Shown piece by piece: positions 39,367 to 48,156 of a DNA stretch of 64,000 nt. Both the position numbers and the translations under genes were made by a program. The notes under the pieces were generated by a model. The model was not told the DNA's origin and did not search any database. It saw only the letters and a program-made list of their open reading frames with translations. Where the stretch lies: assembly GCA_002293685.1 (NCBI GenBank), contig DBDS01000007.1, positions 40,140-104,139 on the forward strand, read 5' to 3'. Every line of letters begins with the position of its first letter. The first letter of the stretch is position 1. Origin of the DNA: Patescibacteria group bacterium UBA926. GTDB lineage: Bacteria > Patescibacteriota > Doudnabacteria > UBA920.

Positions 39367-39921
39367 TTATACACGTTCTACGTAGGTGCCTTCTCGAGTA
39401 TCTACTCTGATGATGTCACCTTCTTTGATGAACATCGGCGCTTGAACACTGAGTCCAGTTTCTAGTTTAACAGGTTTGGTGACGTTACCACCGCTGTTGC
39501 CGGTAACTCCTGGAGGTGCTTCCACTACTTTGAGATCTACTTTTATTGGTAGGTCTACACCGACTGGCTTTCCATTGAACCGCAAAATGATTACTTTAAG
39601 CCCTTCGGTAAGGAATGGTTCTTGCTCAGCTGTAATCTCTTTATCGAAATCGATAGTCTCGAAAGTTTCATTATTCATGAAGTGAGTGCCTTCATCATCA
39701 GCGTAGAGGAAGTTGGCGTTTTCTCTAGTTACGTCAGCGCTTTCAACTTTTTCACCGAACTTGAAGCTGTACTCCAAAACTTTTCCAGTAATTACATTGC
39801 GAAGCTTCGCTTGCATTACCGGTTTGCGTTGGGCAGTGCGCATGCGGTTTGACCAGATTACCTGAAAAGGTTCACCGTTCATTAGCACAACAGCACCTAA
39901 TTTTACGTCGTTGAGGTCCAT
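39367..39921 (-). CDS. efp: Elongation factor P (atypical tip loop)
   Basis: KLRNVITG, FLYAD, KPVKLETG..PMFIKEGD..VDTREGTYVER. Confidence 0.95.
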   Translation of the reverse strand: MDLNDVKLGAVVLMNGEPFQVIWSNRMRTAQRKPVMQAKLRNVITGKVLEYSFKFGEKVESADVTRENANFLYADDEGTHFMNNETFETIDFDKEITAEQEPFLTEGLKVIILRFNGKPVGVDLPIKVDLKVVEAPPGVTGNSGGNVTKPVKLETGLSVQAPMFIKEGDIIRVDTREGTYVERV

Positions 39922-40019
39922 ATTTTATTACTATATCTATTCTCAAACATCTATGTTATTCCGTGAATGCGGAACTTCATTCTTTGATTTTATGATTTAG
40001 AATTTTTAATTGCAAATTA

Positions 40020-40121
40020 GCCGTCCACTTTTTCGGGGGCGCTCTCGCGGCTTATCCAGTCAAATCCGCATAGATTTGACTGGGCCGCTGGCGCTAGCTT
40101 ACCCCCTCTTAAGTGGACAGC
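40020..40121. other. Long imperfect hairpin between rpsR and efp
   Basis: GTCCACTT/AAGTGGAC, GGGGG/CCCCC, GCGGC/GCCGC and CCAGTCAAATC/GATTTGACTGG stems. Confidence 0.6.
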
Positions 40122-40139
40122 GGGAAGTAGTAAATGCTG

Positions 40140-40391
40140 TTAAGCTGCGACGAATGGCAACAGAGCCATATGGCGAGCGCGCTTCAATGAGGTTGTAATC
40201 ATGCGTTGGTGCTTTGGGCAAGAACCAGTACGGTTACGAGAAAGAATCTTCGCATGAGGTGACATAAAGCGACGCAGTGTTTGCGTATCTTTATAGTCTA
40301 AGGTTGTGATTTTGTTCGCGCACAAGTAGCAAACCTTTTTTACAGGTGCTTGGTCGCGATCACGAGAATTGTTTTTGTTATTGTAGGGCAT
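40140..40391 (-). CDS. rpsR: 30S ribosomal protein S18
   Basis: [36 protein letters not shown]; real start is ATG 40391. Confidence 0.95.
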   Translation of the reverse strand: MPYNNKNNSRDRDQAPVKKVCYLCANKITTLDYKDTQTLRRFMSPHAKILSRNRTGSCPKHQRMITTSLKRARHMALLPFVAA

Positions 40392-40401
40392 AATATTTAT
40401 C

Positions 40402-40576
40402 GGCTTTCTCGCTTGTTCGCCCGCAGTCTGAAGTAAATTCAGACTTTTGGGCGAACTTCGCCCTGCGGGTTTGACCAATTTCTTTGTCGAAATACTTACG
40501 TTGCTGCTCGCCGTAGCCTTCACTACGGCTCGCACCATCCGCGTATTTCTTCGCGAACTTGGTCAAACGAGAAACC
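40402..40576. repeat. Family C structured intergenic element, copy 1
   Basis: Multi-stem architecture shared with 41147-41306. Confidence 0.6.
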
Positions 40577-40645
40577 CTTAAGGATAATTAGTTATTGATT
40601 AAATAATTGAGAGTTTAGCCTCCCTCCGGGGAGGAGATTCTAGGT

Positions 40646-41134
40646 TTAAAACGGAATATCGTCTACGTTAATATCTTCACCTTGTTGAATAGTAGGTAGT
40701 TCTTCTGCTGGGCTAGGTTGAGCCATCCCGCTCGCACCCATTCCTGCAGCAGCTCCACCAGCAGCTGCGCCGTAGTTTCCACCTGAAGCAGGGGAGTCAC
40801 CACGACCACCGTCCAACATAATCATGTTATCGGCGACGATTTCTGTTTTATAGTTCTTTTTACCATCGGTTCCATCCCATGAACGGGTTTGGAGACGACC
40901 TTCGATATACACGCGCTGTCCCTTTTTAAGATATTGAGCCGCGATTTCACCAAGCTTGCGCCAAAGGATAACGTTATGATACTCAACGTTTTCAACTTTT
41001 TGGCCAGATTGCTGGTTAGTATAGACGAAGTTGGTGGCTATTCCAAGTTGGCAAACGCTTGCGCCGCTTGGTATAGTCTTGAGTTCTGGATCACGGGTTA
41101 GGCGACCGATGATCATTACTTTGTTTAGATCCAT
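40646..41134 (-). CDS. ssb: Single-stranded DNA-binding protein
   Basis: NKVMIIGRLTRDPE, EGRLQTRSW, C-terminal DDIPF. Confidence 0.97.
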   Translation of the reverse strand: MDLNKVMIIGRLTRDPELKTIPSGASVCQLGIATNFVYTNQQSGQKVENVEYHNVILWRKLGEIAAQYLKKGQRVYIEGRLQTRSWDGTDGKKNYKTEIVADNMIMLDGGRGDSPASGGNYGAAAGGAAAGMGASGMAQPSPAEELPTIQQGEDINVDDIPF

Positions 41135-41146
41135 AGTTTTAGTTTC

Positions 41147-41306
41147 GGTCTCTTGGTCGTCTGCTATCGGTTCGGGAAACCCGAACCTTCAGCAGACTCT
41201 TGGTCGATAACTTTGTCATTTCACTGCGTTGCTCACTTTGCGTACGTTTCAGTACGCGTCGTTCGCTACTCGTGAAATTCCTCGTTCTCGACCAATCCAA
41301 GAAACC
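41147..41306. repeat. Family C structured intergenic element, copy 2
   Basis: Same stem order and unpaired motifs (CTTTGTC, CGTTGCT, TTCA loop) as 40402-40576. Confidence 0.6.
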
Positions 41307-41327
41307 TCTATTAATGGTTTTGAGTTT

Positions 41328-41459
41328 GTCGTCCCGAACTTGCATTGTCCGCCATAGCTTTAGCGGAGGTGGAATTCGGGATCTCGTGAATATTCTCTAG
41401 ATCCTGACTTTCGCCCGCCCGCATGCTTCGCAAAGCGAAGCGGGTAGGGTCAGGATGAC
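41328..41459. repeat. Family A repeat with two nested hairpin inserts
   Basis: GTCGTCCCGAA..TTCGGGATCT..AGATCCTGAC..GTCAGGATGAC. Confidence 0.75.
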
Positions 41460-41464
41460 AGAAA

Positions 41465-41941
41465 TTAAGCCACTTCTTCGTTAAGAGCTTTTTCGATTTC
41501 TTCTTCCAACTTTTCGTTAGTCACTGGAGCAGCCGCTTTCTTAACTGGCTTTGGTTTTGCAGGAGTGCTAGTTCCTTCTTCAGTTTCTTCTGTTGGAATG
41601 CGACGCTTCATTTGAGATTGCACGACGCGATCTTTTTCTAAGCGTTCAAGATGCTCATCGATGTTCACGATTAAGTGACGGATGATTGTTGTCTTTTGGG
41701 TGCGGATCTTCGCATCTAAAGCAGCCATTTTTTTGCCGTCCATGTCAAAATTGACGACACCGTAATGACCATTACGAGTTTTGCCGATTTGGTAAGCAAG
41801 TTTTTTCTTGCCTAACATTTCGTGCACTATGTTTGTACCACCGAAGTCAGCAACAGTTTGCTCGACGCCAGCAGAAGTGGCTGGTACCTGATCATCAGAT
41901 ACGCCTGAGGCGAGAATGTACATAAGTTCATATCTCGGCAT
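41465..41941 (-). CDS. rpsF: 30S ribosomal protein S6 with C-terminal extension
   Basis: YELMYIL..GKKKLAYQI..GHY..IIRHLIV; real start is ATG 41941. Confidence 0.93.
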   Translation of the reverse strand: MPRYELMYILASGVSDDQVPATSAGVEQTVADFGGTNIVHEMLGKKKLAYQIGKTRNGHYGVVNFDMDGKKMAALDAKIRTQKTTIIRHLIVNIDEHLERLEKDRVVQSQMKRRIPTEETEEGTSTPAKPKPVKKAAAPVTNEKLEEEIEKALNEEVA

Positions 41942-42010
41942 AAGGAGGGTCTCCTTATTCCTACACCCCAATCGGTATAGGAAACATTAATTATTGTACA
42001 TTTTGACTTG

Positions 42011-42066
42011 CCCTTCGAAGCTTTCTTGTCAACCGAAGCTTTAGCGTAGGTTGGAGCGTAGAAGGG
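42011..42066. repeat. Self-nested CGAAGCTTTAGCGTAG hairpin repeat
   Basis: Outer CCCTTCGAAGCTTT..AGCGTAGAAGGG interrupted by CAACCGAAGCTTTAGCGTAGGTTG. Confidence 0.65.
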
Positions 42067-42242
42067 ACCTTCAGAATGGGATTGTTCTCTCAGGTCCTTT
42101 TCAGCATAACATATGCCTACTCAAGATTTCTTTAAGAAAAACCTAAATTTGAGCCAAAATATGCTTAATTGTATCTAAAATCTGCACTTTTGGCAAGAGT
42201 GTAGAGATAATAAAAACGGTGCCTAATTTGGCACCGTTTTTA

Positions 42243-43346
42243 TTATTTTGAGAACAGAAAATGCACCACATCGCCGTCTTGGACGACGTATTCTTTACCC
42301 TCTGTGCGGAGCCATCCTTTGGCGCGGGCGTTGGCGTAAGAGCCTGCTTCGAGAAGTTTGTCCCATTGAATCGTCTCTGCGCGAATAAAACCATGTTCAA
42401 AGTCGGTGTGAATAACGCCAGCGGCTTGAGGAGCTTTGGTACCGGCAGGGCAAGTCCAAGCTTTGCTTTCCTTTGGTCCGGCTGTGATGAAAGTAATCAA
42501 TCCCAAAGTTTTGTAGGCAGCTGTAATGATTCTATCTAACCCGCTTTCGGTTAACCCCAAGTCGGTTAGATATTCATCGTGTTCCGCGTCGTCCAATTGG
42601 GCAAGCTCAGTTTCTAATTTGGCATCAACCAAAATGACATCGCCGAAACCTTCGCCGAGCAGGGAGGCGTTGATTTCGTTACCGTCTTCGGACTCATATT
42701 TTTTAGTTGAAATATTGTAAGTCGCATTAGCCGCCAACAGGAAAGGCTTAGTGGTTAACAACTGAACATCCTTGCTAGCCGATTTTTCTTCTTCGTTCAA
42801 CACAACAGTATTGGCCATTTTGCCAGCTTCCAAGGCAACTTTATACTTTTCCAAAACAGATTGGCGAATCTTTGCGTCACGGTCACCAGCTTTAACTTGT
42901 TTAGCGTTAGATTCCAAACGCTTTTCGACGTTAGCTAAATCGGCCAACTGTAGTTCGATACCGATAGTTTCGATGTCGCGCTTAGCGTCGACGTTGCCAT
43001 TGACGTGAATAATATCGTCATCGGTGAACAGGCGAGCGACTTCTAAAATCGCATCAACTTCACGAATGTGAGATAAAAATTGATTACCCAAGCCTTCTCC
43101 TTTGTGTGCCCCTGATACTAATCCTGCGATATCTACAAATTCAATAGTAGTAGGAACTATTTTTTCAGACTTTTCTTGTGCTGCTAATTTAGCAAGGCGT
43201 TCATCGGGTACGGCAACTACCCCAACGTTTGGATCGATGGTGGCAAAGGGATAGTTGGCCGCTTCAACTTGCGACTTAGTGATGGCGTTAAATAAAGTGG
43301 ACTTACCAACGTTTGGCAGACCTACGATTCCGATTTGAAATGACAT
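42243..43346 (-). CDS. ychF: Redox-regulated ATPase YchF
   Basis: GIVGLPNVGKSTLFN, ANYPFATIDPN, DIAGLV, EGKEYVVQDGD. Confidence 0.97.
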   Translation of the reverse strand: MSFQIGIVGLPNVGKSTLFNAITKSQVEAANYPFATIDPNVGVVAVPDERLAKLAAQEKSEKIVPTTIEFVDIAGLVSGAHKGEGLGNQFLSHIREVDAILEVARLFTDDDIIHVNGNVDAKRDIETIGIELQLADLANVEKRLESNAKQVKAGDRDAKIRQSVLEKYKVALEAGKMANTVVLNEEEKSASKDVQLLTTKPFLLAANATYNISTKKYESEDGNEINASLLGEGFGDVILVDAKLETELAQLDDAEHDEYLTDLGLTESGLDRIITAAYKTLGLITFITAGPKESKAWTCPAGTKAPQAAGVIHTDFEHGFIRAETIQWDKLLEAGSYANARAKGWLRTEGKEYVVQDGDVVHFLFSK

Positions 43347-43562
43347 AATTATAGGGCTTTCATTTTCGGACAGTTTACTTATGAACTTGCCTCAAAAATG
43401 AAAGCCCTCAACGTTTAATTGCTTAGTTAGTTTGCCTGATTTGCTGAGTTTTGTCTATGGTTATTAAAATTCATAGCCATTCATTCTAGACAATATGCTT
43501 AGAATTAGGTATAGTGTAAGTCTGCTTAGTTCAGAAAAAAATCAAAGGAGAAAATACAATCT

Positions 43563-43748
43563 ATGCCGAAAGAGTCTACCGATTCTACTGTTACTCGTTT
43601 TGTCCAGCGCTATAACAATTTTTCTCGCACACCGAACAAAGTTCCGGTTGATCAAATCGAGAACCGCTTTGTGGTCAAGCGACGTGAATTCATGATGCGG
43701 AGAAAGGACGCCTCGATACACAGTACGAGTCCACCTCGACTCAAATAG
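43563..43748 (+). CDS. Small orphan protein
   Basis: TAGACA-17-TATAGT promoter, AAGGAG SD, downstream GCCGCCC..GGGCGGC-TTTT terminator. Confidence 0.5.
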   Translation: MPKESTDSTVTRFVQRYNNFSRTPNKVPVDQIENRFVVKRREFMMRRKDASIHSTSPPRLK

Positions 43749-43890
43749 ATTTATTCGAAGCCGCCCAGAGTACCGGGCGGCTTTTCTTATACACAGCTTA
43801 GGTTGACCAAACTTCAAAAATACATTATAGTACCAATTACAGTCTGTGAGTTATTTGGGCTGACTACAACCTACAGGAGATCAAGATAAG

Positions 43891-44202
43891 ATGAGTGAAA
43901 GCGATATAACTGTTCCTTATTTCAAAGTTCGGACGGAAACACAGAAAAAGGCAATCAGTAACATGATTACCATTACAGATGGTGATCTTGAAAAACTCGA
44001 TTCTGAAATAGCCAAAACAGCATTCAAGTCACTGATTGGCGACGGGACATCAGGGATTTCATCTGTGCCCCGTGTGGTTCCTGGTCCATATGGTCCAACG
44101 CTTCGAATCCCTATCAAGGATTCACCATTTCCGGCTTTCACCTCACTCGAGTATCTGAAGATTCAATTCAAAGAAGCTTTAGGTCAAGCTTCGGCTGCAT
44201 AA
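43891..44202 (+). CDS. Orphan protein
   Basis: TTGACC-17-TATAGT promoter, AGGAG SD, downstream terminator. Confidence 0.55.
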   Translation: MSESDITVPYFKVRTETQKKAISNMITITDGDLEKLDSEIAKTAFKSLIGDGTSGISSVPRVVPGPYGPTLRIPIKDSPFPAFTSLEYLKIQFKEALGQASAA

Positions 44203-44276
44203 TCTCAACGACGCGGTTCTACTATTCCCAAATGGAACCGCTTTTTCTTATCTTAAATTATTGCTAAAATTCACTT

Positions 44277-45071
44277 ATGAAAATCACAAACCCTTCAAAA
44301 ATGAAGAATAAGAAGCTATTTGTTTTCGACCTCGATGATACTTTAGCCGAATCAAAAATTCCTATGGACCAGGAGATGGCCAGCTTAGTCTTAGAACTAA
44401 TCACGAAAAAAAAGATGGCTGTTATTGGAGGAGGGAAATACGAACTATTTAAGTGGCAGTTTTTGGCATCGCTAAAAACCAAAAGCAAGATCCTTGAAAA
44501 TTTGTTTTTGTTTCCAACTTCTGGAAGCGCCTTTTATCGTTATAAGTCTGGCTGGAAAAAAGTGTATGGATATAACTTAAGTGCTGCCGAAAAGAAACAG
44601 ATTCGTCAGGCTTTTGACCAAGTGTTTAAAGATATAAATTATAAGCACCCTAAAAAAGTTTACGGTGATATTTTAGAAGACCGGATTACACAGATAAGTT
44701 TTTCTCCATTAGGTCAGGACATCGCTATGGTCTTAGGCCGCAAGGGCGTACAAAAGAAAAAAGAGTGGAGAGATAAATACGACCATATTCGACTAGATAT
44801 TGCTAAGCGACTAGCTAAATATTTACCAAACTTAGAAGTCCGCGTTGGTGGAATTACAACCATAGATGTAACCATGAAGGGAATCGATAAAGCTTACGGC
44901 GTGCGTCAGATGGAAAAACATCTCAAGATAAAAATCAAGGACATGTTTTTCGTTGGTGATGCGATTTTTCCAGGGGGTAACGATTACGCTGTATTAAAGA
45001 CAAAGATTGACTATATGCAAGTGGAAGGCTCCGAAGAAACTAAAGAAATTATTCGAAAGATTTTAGAATAG
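44277..45071 (+). CDS. HAD-IIB family hydrolase (phosphomannomutase-like)
   Basis: FDLDDTLA, GGITTIDVT..GIDKAYG, FVGDAIFPGGND. Confidence 0.88.
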   Translation: MKITNPSKMKNKKLFVFDLDDTLAESKIPMDQEMASLVLELITKKKMAVIGGGKYELFKWQFLASLKTKSKILENLFLFPTSGSAFYRYKSGWKKVYGYNLSAAEKKQIRQAFDQVFKDINYKHPKKVYGDILEDRITQISFSPLGQDIAMVLGRKGVQKKKEWRDKYDHIRLDIAKRLAKYLPNLEVRVGGITTIDVTMKGIDKAYGVRQMEKHLKIKIKDMFFVGDAIFPGGNDYAVLKTKIDYMQVEGSEETKEIIRKILE

Positions 45072-45091
45072 CAACTTAGAGGAGGGAAAAA

Positions 45092-45553
45092 ATGAATAGT
45101 ATTGACAGTATTTTGAATATGATTCGGACTGAAGCGGGGGAAAGAACTGCAAGTGCACGCACTGATCGATTGAGCGTTTCTGAGCTCGAACTGTATCAGC
45201 AGGTACAGTCAGAAGATGTGAACGAAGTTAGGATTTCAATTACGAATGAGCAGATCGAAGAAATCATGCATGCGGGTGCGTCTAACCCGAGCTATCATTC
45301 AAGCATCGATTGGGTTATAGAAACAACTCCTGAGTATGCTTTTATCGACAGTTTGGGTGTAACGGCATTGCCTGTACTTCGAAAGCTTTTGGCTGAAGAC
45401 TTCCATGATCAGTTAGTAGTAATTCACTTGCTGGGGAAACATGAACCTTTCTGTCCTGAAATTCCAGAGGAGGCACTAAGCCGTGTTCAGGAACTTAGGC
45501 GGATCTGGTTGGAATTTATTGAGTCCCACTCGCTTCTGACGGAAGATGGTTAA
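45092..45553 (+). CDS. Orphan protein
   Basis: 153 aa, SD GAGGAGG. Confidence 0.55.
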   Translation: MNSIDSILNMIRTEAGERTASARTDRLSVSELELYQQVQSEDVNEVRISITNEQIEEIMHAGASNPSYHSSIDWVIETTPEYAFIDSLGVTALPVLRKLLAEDFHDQLVVIHLLGKHEPFCPEIPEEALSRVQELRRIWLEFIESHSLLTEDG

Positions 45554-45596
45554 AACAAAATCGGCCTTGCTTACAGCAGGCTGATTTTTATTTTGA
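45550..45596. repeat. Direct repeat, left: copy of the trpS 3' end and terminator
   Basis: TTAAAACAAAATCGGCCTTGCTTACAGCAGGCTGATTTTTATTTTGA vs 46182-46227, about 5 differences. Confidence 0.85.
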
Positions 45597-45643
45597 GAAT
45601 ATATTGAATAGGACTTTAGAGGTGGTGTGTTATCATCATTACT

Positions 45644-45688
45644 TCCCCTCCTTATTTATGAGGAGGGGTGCCCGTAGGGCGGGGTGGT
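45644..45688 (+). repeat. Family B repeat, left flank of DUF559
   Basis: TCCCCTCCTTATTTATGAGGAGGGGTGCCCGTAGGGCGGGGTGGT. Confidence 0.9.
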
Positions 45689-45691
45689 GGT

Positions 45692-46108
45692 ATGAGATTA
45701 CATAATATTAAAAAATTATATAAACATCGAAAAAAATTACGAAACCAATCAACCTTAGCAGAAATAAGATTGTGGTATTATCTGAAAAAATCAAAATTGG
45801 GCGTAAAGTTTAGAAGGCAGCACAGTGTCGGACCATATATTTTGGATTTTTACTGTAGTAAGTATAAATTAGCAGTTGAGTTGGATGGTTCATCTCATGA
45901 TTTTGAACAAGCTTATTCACGAGATACTGCTCGCACAAAATATCTTGAAGACCAAGGGCTAATTGTTTTGAGATTTGAGAATAGGTTGGTCTTTGAAAAT
46001 ATTCAAGGGGTGGTTGATATGATTAGTTTACATTGTAACCACCCCGGCCTTTCAGGCCACCCCTCCTATCCGCCTTTGGCGGCAGGAGGGGAGGGAAAAC
46101 TTCAGTAA
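45692..46108 (+). CDS. DUF559 (Vsr-like, PD-(D/E)XK) endonuclease
   Basis: LRNQSTLAEIRLWYYL..KFRRQHSVGPYILDFYC..LAVELDGSSH..RD..G..VLRF; likely start is ATG 45692. Confidence 0.92.
   Translation: MRLHNIKKLYKHRKKLRNQSTLAEIRLWYYLKKSKLGVKFRRQHSVGPYILDFYCSKYKLAVELDGSSHDFEQAYSRDTARTKYLEDQGLIVLRFENRLVFENIQGVVDMISLHCNHPGLSGHPSYPPLAAGGEGKLQ
46038..46092 (-). repeat. Family B repeat, right flank of DUF559 (inverted, inside the 3' end of the CDS)
   Basis: Reverse complement reads TCCCCTCCT-GCCGCCAAAGGCGGAT-AGGAGGGGTGGCCTGAAAGGCCGGGGTGGT. Confidence 0.9.
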
Positions 46109-46181
46109 ACCTCAGGATGCACCACATACCGGAACAGACGGGGTAGTGAAGTCTTTAAGTTCATCATTAAATCAAGTTAAC

Positions 46182-46227
46182 TTAAAACAAAACCGGCTTG
46201 CTTACAGCAGGCCGATTTTTTGTTTGA
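46182..46227. repeat. Direct repeat, right: native trpS 3' end and terminator
   Basis: TTAAAACAAAACCGGCTTGCTTACAGCAGGCCGATTTTTTGTTTGA. Confidence 0.85.
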
Positions 46228-47161
46228 CTTCAGTTATAGTTGGAACGGCGATTTCTCTTGCTCGGGCAGCTCCATCATTGAGAATTTTGGAAAGCTCAGA
46301 TTTATCGTTGAGTAATTCCTTTTTACGCTTTCGGAAATCTGCAAAATGATCGCTGATTGTTGTAGCTAGTACAGACTTCAATTCACTGTATCGAATTTCA
46401 CCCGATTTCTGTTCAGCAGTAAATTTATCGACGACGCTTTTATCAGCAAAATAGCTTAGAGTTTCGATTAAGTTTTTAGCGCCTGTTTCAGTCGTGACCG
46501 CCTTTTTTAACTTTGCTTCGATAATTTCTGGAGTGTCGTCCAGATAGAGAGGGTCATCGCCAGTTTTGCTCATCTTCTTGTCCGGATTTTTTAAACTCAT
46601 TATTCGAAGAGGCTTGCGTTCGTACGGTTTTGGCTCTGGAAAAGTTTCGCCAAATTGTCTGTTGAATTTTCGTGCAATTATTCGAGCGAGTTCTAAGTGC
46701 TGAACCTGATCTTCACCAACAGGAACAAAATTTGGTTTGTATAATAGAATGTCTGCGGCCATTAAGGTAGGGTAGGTAAGCAGACCAGCGTTTACGGAAT
46801 CTTTCTGGGATCGCCCCTTATCTTTATATTGAGTCATTTTCTCGAGTTCGCCAACTGGAGTTATACAATTAAATATCCAAGCCAGCTCGGCATGTTCTAA
46901 AACATGGTTTTGGATAAAGATAACCGATTTCTTTGGGTCGAGTCCGGCAGCAATGTATTCAGCCACAACTTCCAGAGTATCTTGGCGTAATTTTTCTGGA
47001 TCACGAGGAACTGTTAAAGCATGTAAATCCGCCACAAAGAAATAGCACTCAAGTTTCCCTTCATTTTGAATATCTACGAATTGCTTCAAGGCCCCGAGAT
47101 AATTGCCGATGTGCATTCGGCCAGTTGCCTGAACTCCTGATAAAATAGTCTCTTTTTTCAT
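46202..47161 (-). CDS. trpS: Tryptophan--tRNA ligase
   Basis: HIGNYLGA, YPTLMAADIL, VPVGEDQVQH, KMSKT. Confidence 0.97.
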   Translation of the reverse strand: MKKETILSGVQATGRMHIGNYLGALKQFVDIQNEGKLECYFFVADLHALTVPRDPEKLRQDTLEVVAEYIAAGLDPKKSVIFIQNHVLEHAELAWIFNCITPVGELEKMTQYKDKGRSQKDSVNAGLLTYPTLMAADILLYKPNFVPVGEDQVQHLELARIIARKFNRQFGETFPEPKPYERKPLRIMSLKNPDKKMSKTGDDPLYLDDTPEIIEAKLKKAVTTETGAKNLIETLSYFADKSVVDKFTAEQKSGEIRYSELKSVLATTISDHFADFRKRKKELLNDKSELSKILNDGAARAREIAVPTITEVKQKIGLL

Positions 47162-47285
47162 AAAGTCATTATACTAGAAAATATTAACATTTCCTAAGAC
47201 TTAGTTATGGCTAAATTAGCCAAGCATTGATTTTTTAGTCTATAATTGGTATAGTTGGAAATAAATTTAGAGGAGGGGAGAATAT

Positions 47286-47660
47286 ATGTCACAGGTTGTC
47301 GTGGAAGACATTATCAAAGGTAGTCTTGAGGATTTGGCGGTTATAATGGCAGTGTATGGAATCAATGCCGCATCGGATGGCCAGGATTCAGTAAACAATA
47401 GGCGAGGTAGAATCTTACGAAAGAAGGTTGAGTTTGCTAAAGCTAAGCTTGAGGATGACCGGGATTCCCATATTCGATATCAAAGAAGTTTGGGCGCGAA
47501 CCGAATACACTCTGCTGAGGAAGAGGTTTCAGAAAATGAAGCCTATGCCATGGCTCGAACTGAACTTGATTTAGAGATAGAAAGGGTTCGCAAGTGGCGA
47601 AAAGAAGGACTCGACTACGCACAGTGCGTGGCCGAGATGCACAAATTTTTAGAGAAATAG
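47286..47660 (+). CDS. Orphan helical protein
   Basis: TTGATT-17-TATAGT promoter, SD GAGGAGG. Confidence 0.55.
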   Translation: MSQVVVEDIIKGSLEDLAVIMAVYGINAASDGQDSVNNRRGRILRKKVEFAKAKLEDDRDSHIRYQRSLGANRIHSAEEEVSENEAYAMARTELDLEIERVRKWRKEGLDYAQCVAEMHKFLEK

Positions 47661-47668
47661 GAGGACAT

Positions 47669-48019
47669 ATGTTGGTAGGTTGTCCAAATTTTGTAGAGTG
47701 TTCCAGGTTTGTTTCCCTGAGTCAAGATGGAGTGATTGAAGAACATGGTCATCTGTTCAGGCAAGGGCCAAATCGGCTCCCATGGTTTTTTACTAGCAAG
47801 AGATGTAAATTTTCCAATATGGTATACCCAGATTTGAGCAAGATTCAAAAGGCTTGCGACATTTGTGGTAGGCTACTCATCCCTTGCGATGATCAATCTT
47901 TACCTCCACACTATCCTGACCCAACGAAAACTTTTTCTCCGGATGGTTATTGTGGTTCGGGTGCGGGGTCTGGTCGTGGTAAAGTCAAGCAACGAACCAA
48001 TACCAGGTACTACCCGTGA
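47669..48019 (+). CDS. Cys/His-rich orphan protein
   Basis: SD AGGAGG before ATG 47669; CPNFVEC and CDICG motifs. Confidence 0.5.
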   Translation: MLVGCPNFVECSRFVSLSQDGVIEEHGHLFRQGPNRLPWFFTSKRCKFSNMVYPDLSKIQKACDICGRLLIPCDDQSLPPHYPDPTKTFSPDGYCGSGAGSGRGKVKQRTNTRYYP

Positions 48020-48073
48020 TAAAAAAAGCGGCGAACGAATAATATCGTTCGACCGCTTCTTTTTTATGCGTGT

Positions 48074-48148
48074 GTCATTCTGAATCCGCCAAAGGCGGAC
48101 GAAGAATATCATGGAGATCCTTCGGTCGCTTTGCTCCCTCAGGATGAC
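48074..48148. repeat. Family A repeat
   Basis: GTCATTCTGAATCCGCCAAAGGCGGACGAAGAAT..AGATCCTTC..CTCAGGATGAC. Confidence 0.85.
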
Positions 48149-48156
48149 ATTCAATT

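Noticed and set aside
40392-40538. N-terminal extension of S18 in the ORF track
   Set aside because: It runs through the structured intergenic element; the real start is ATG 40391.
41942-42120. S6:S18 autoregulatory leader
   Set aside because: Hairpins with CCC are present upstream of rpsF, but a match to the known motif cannot be established by eye.
45668-45691. GTG start of DUF559 giving MPVGRGGG
   Set aside because: These codons are the left repeat; ATG 45692 is the more plausible start.
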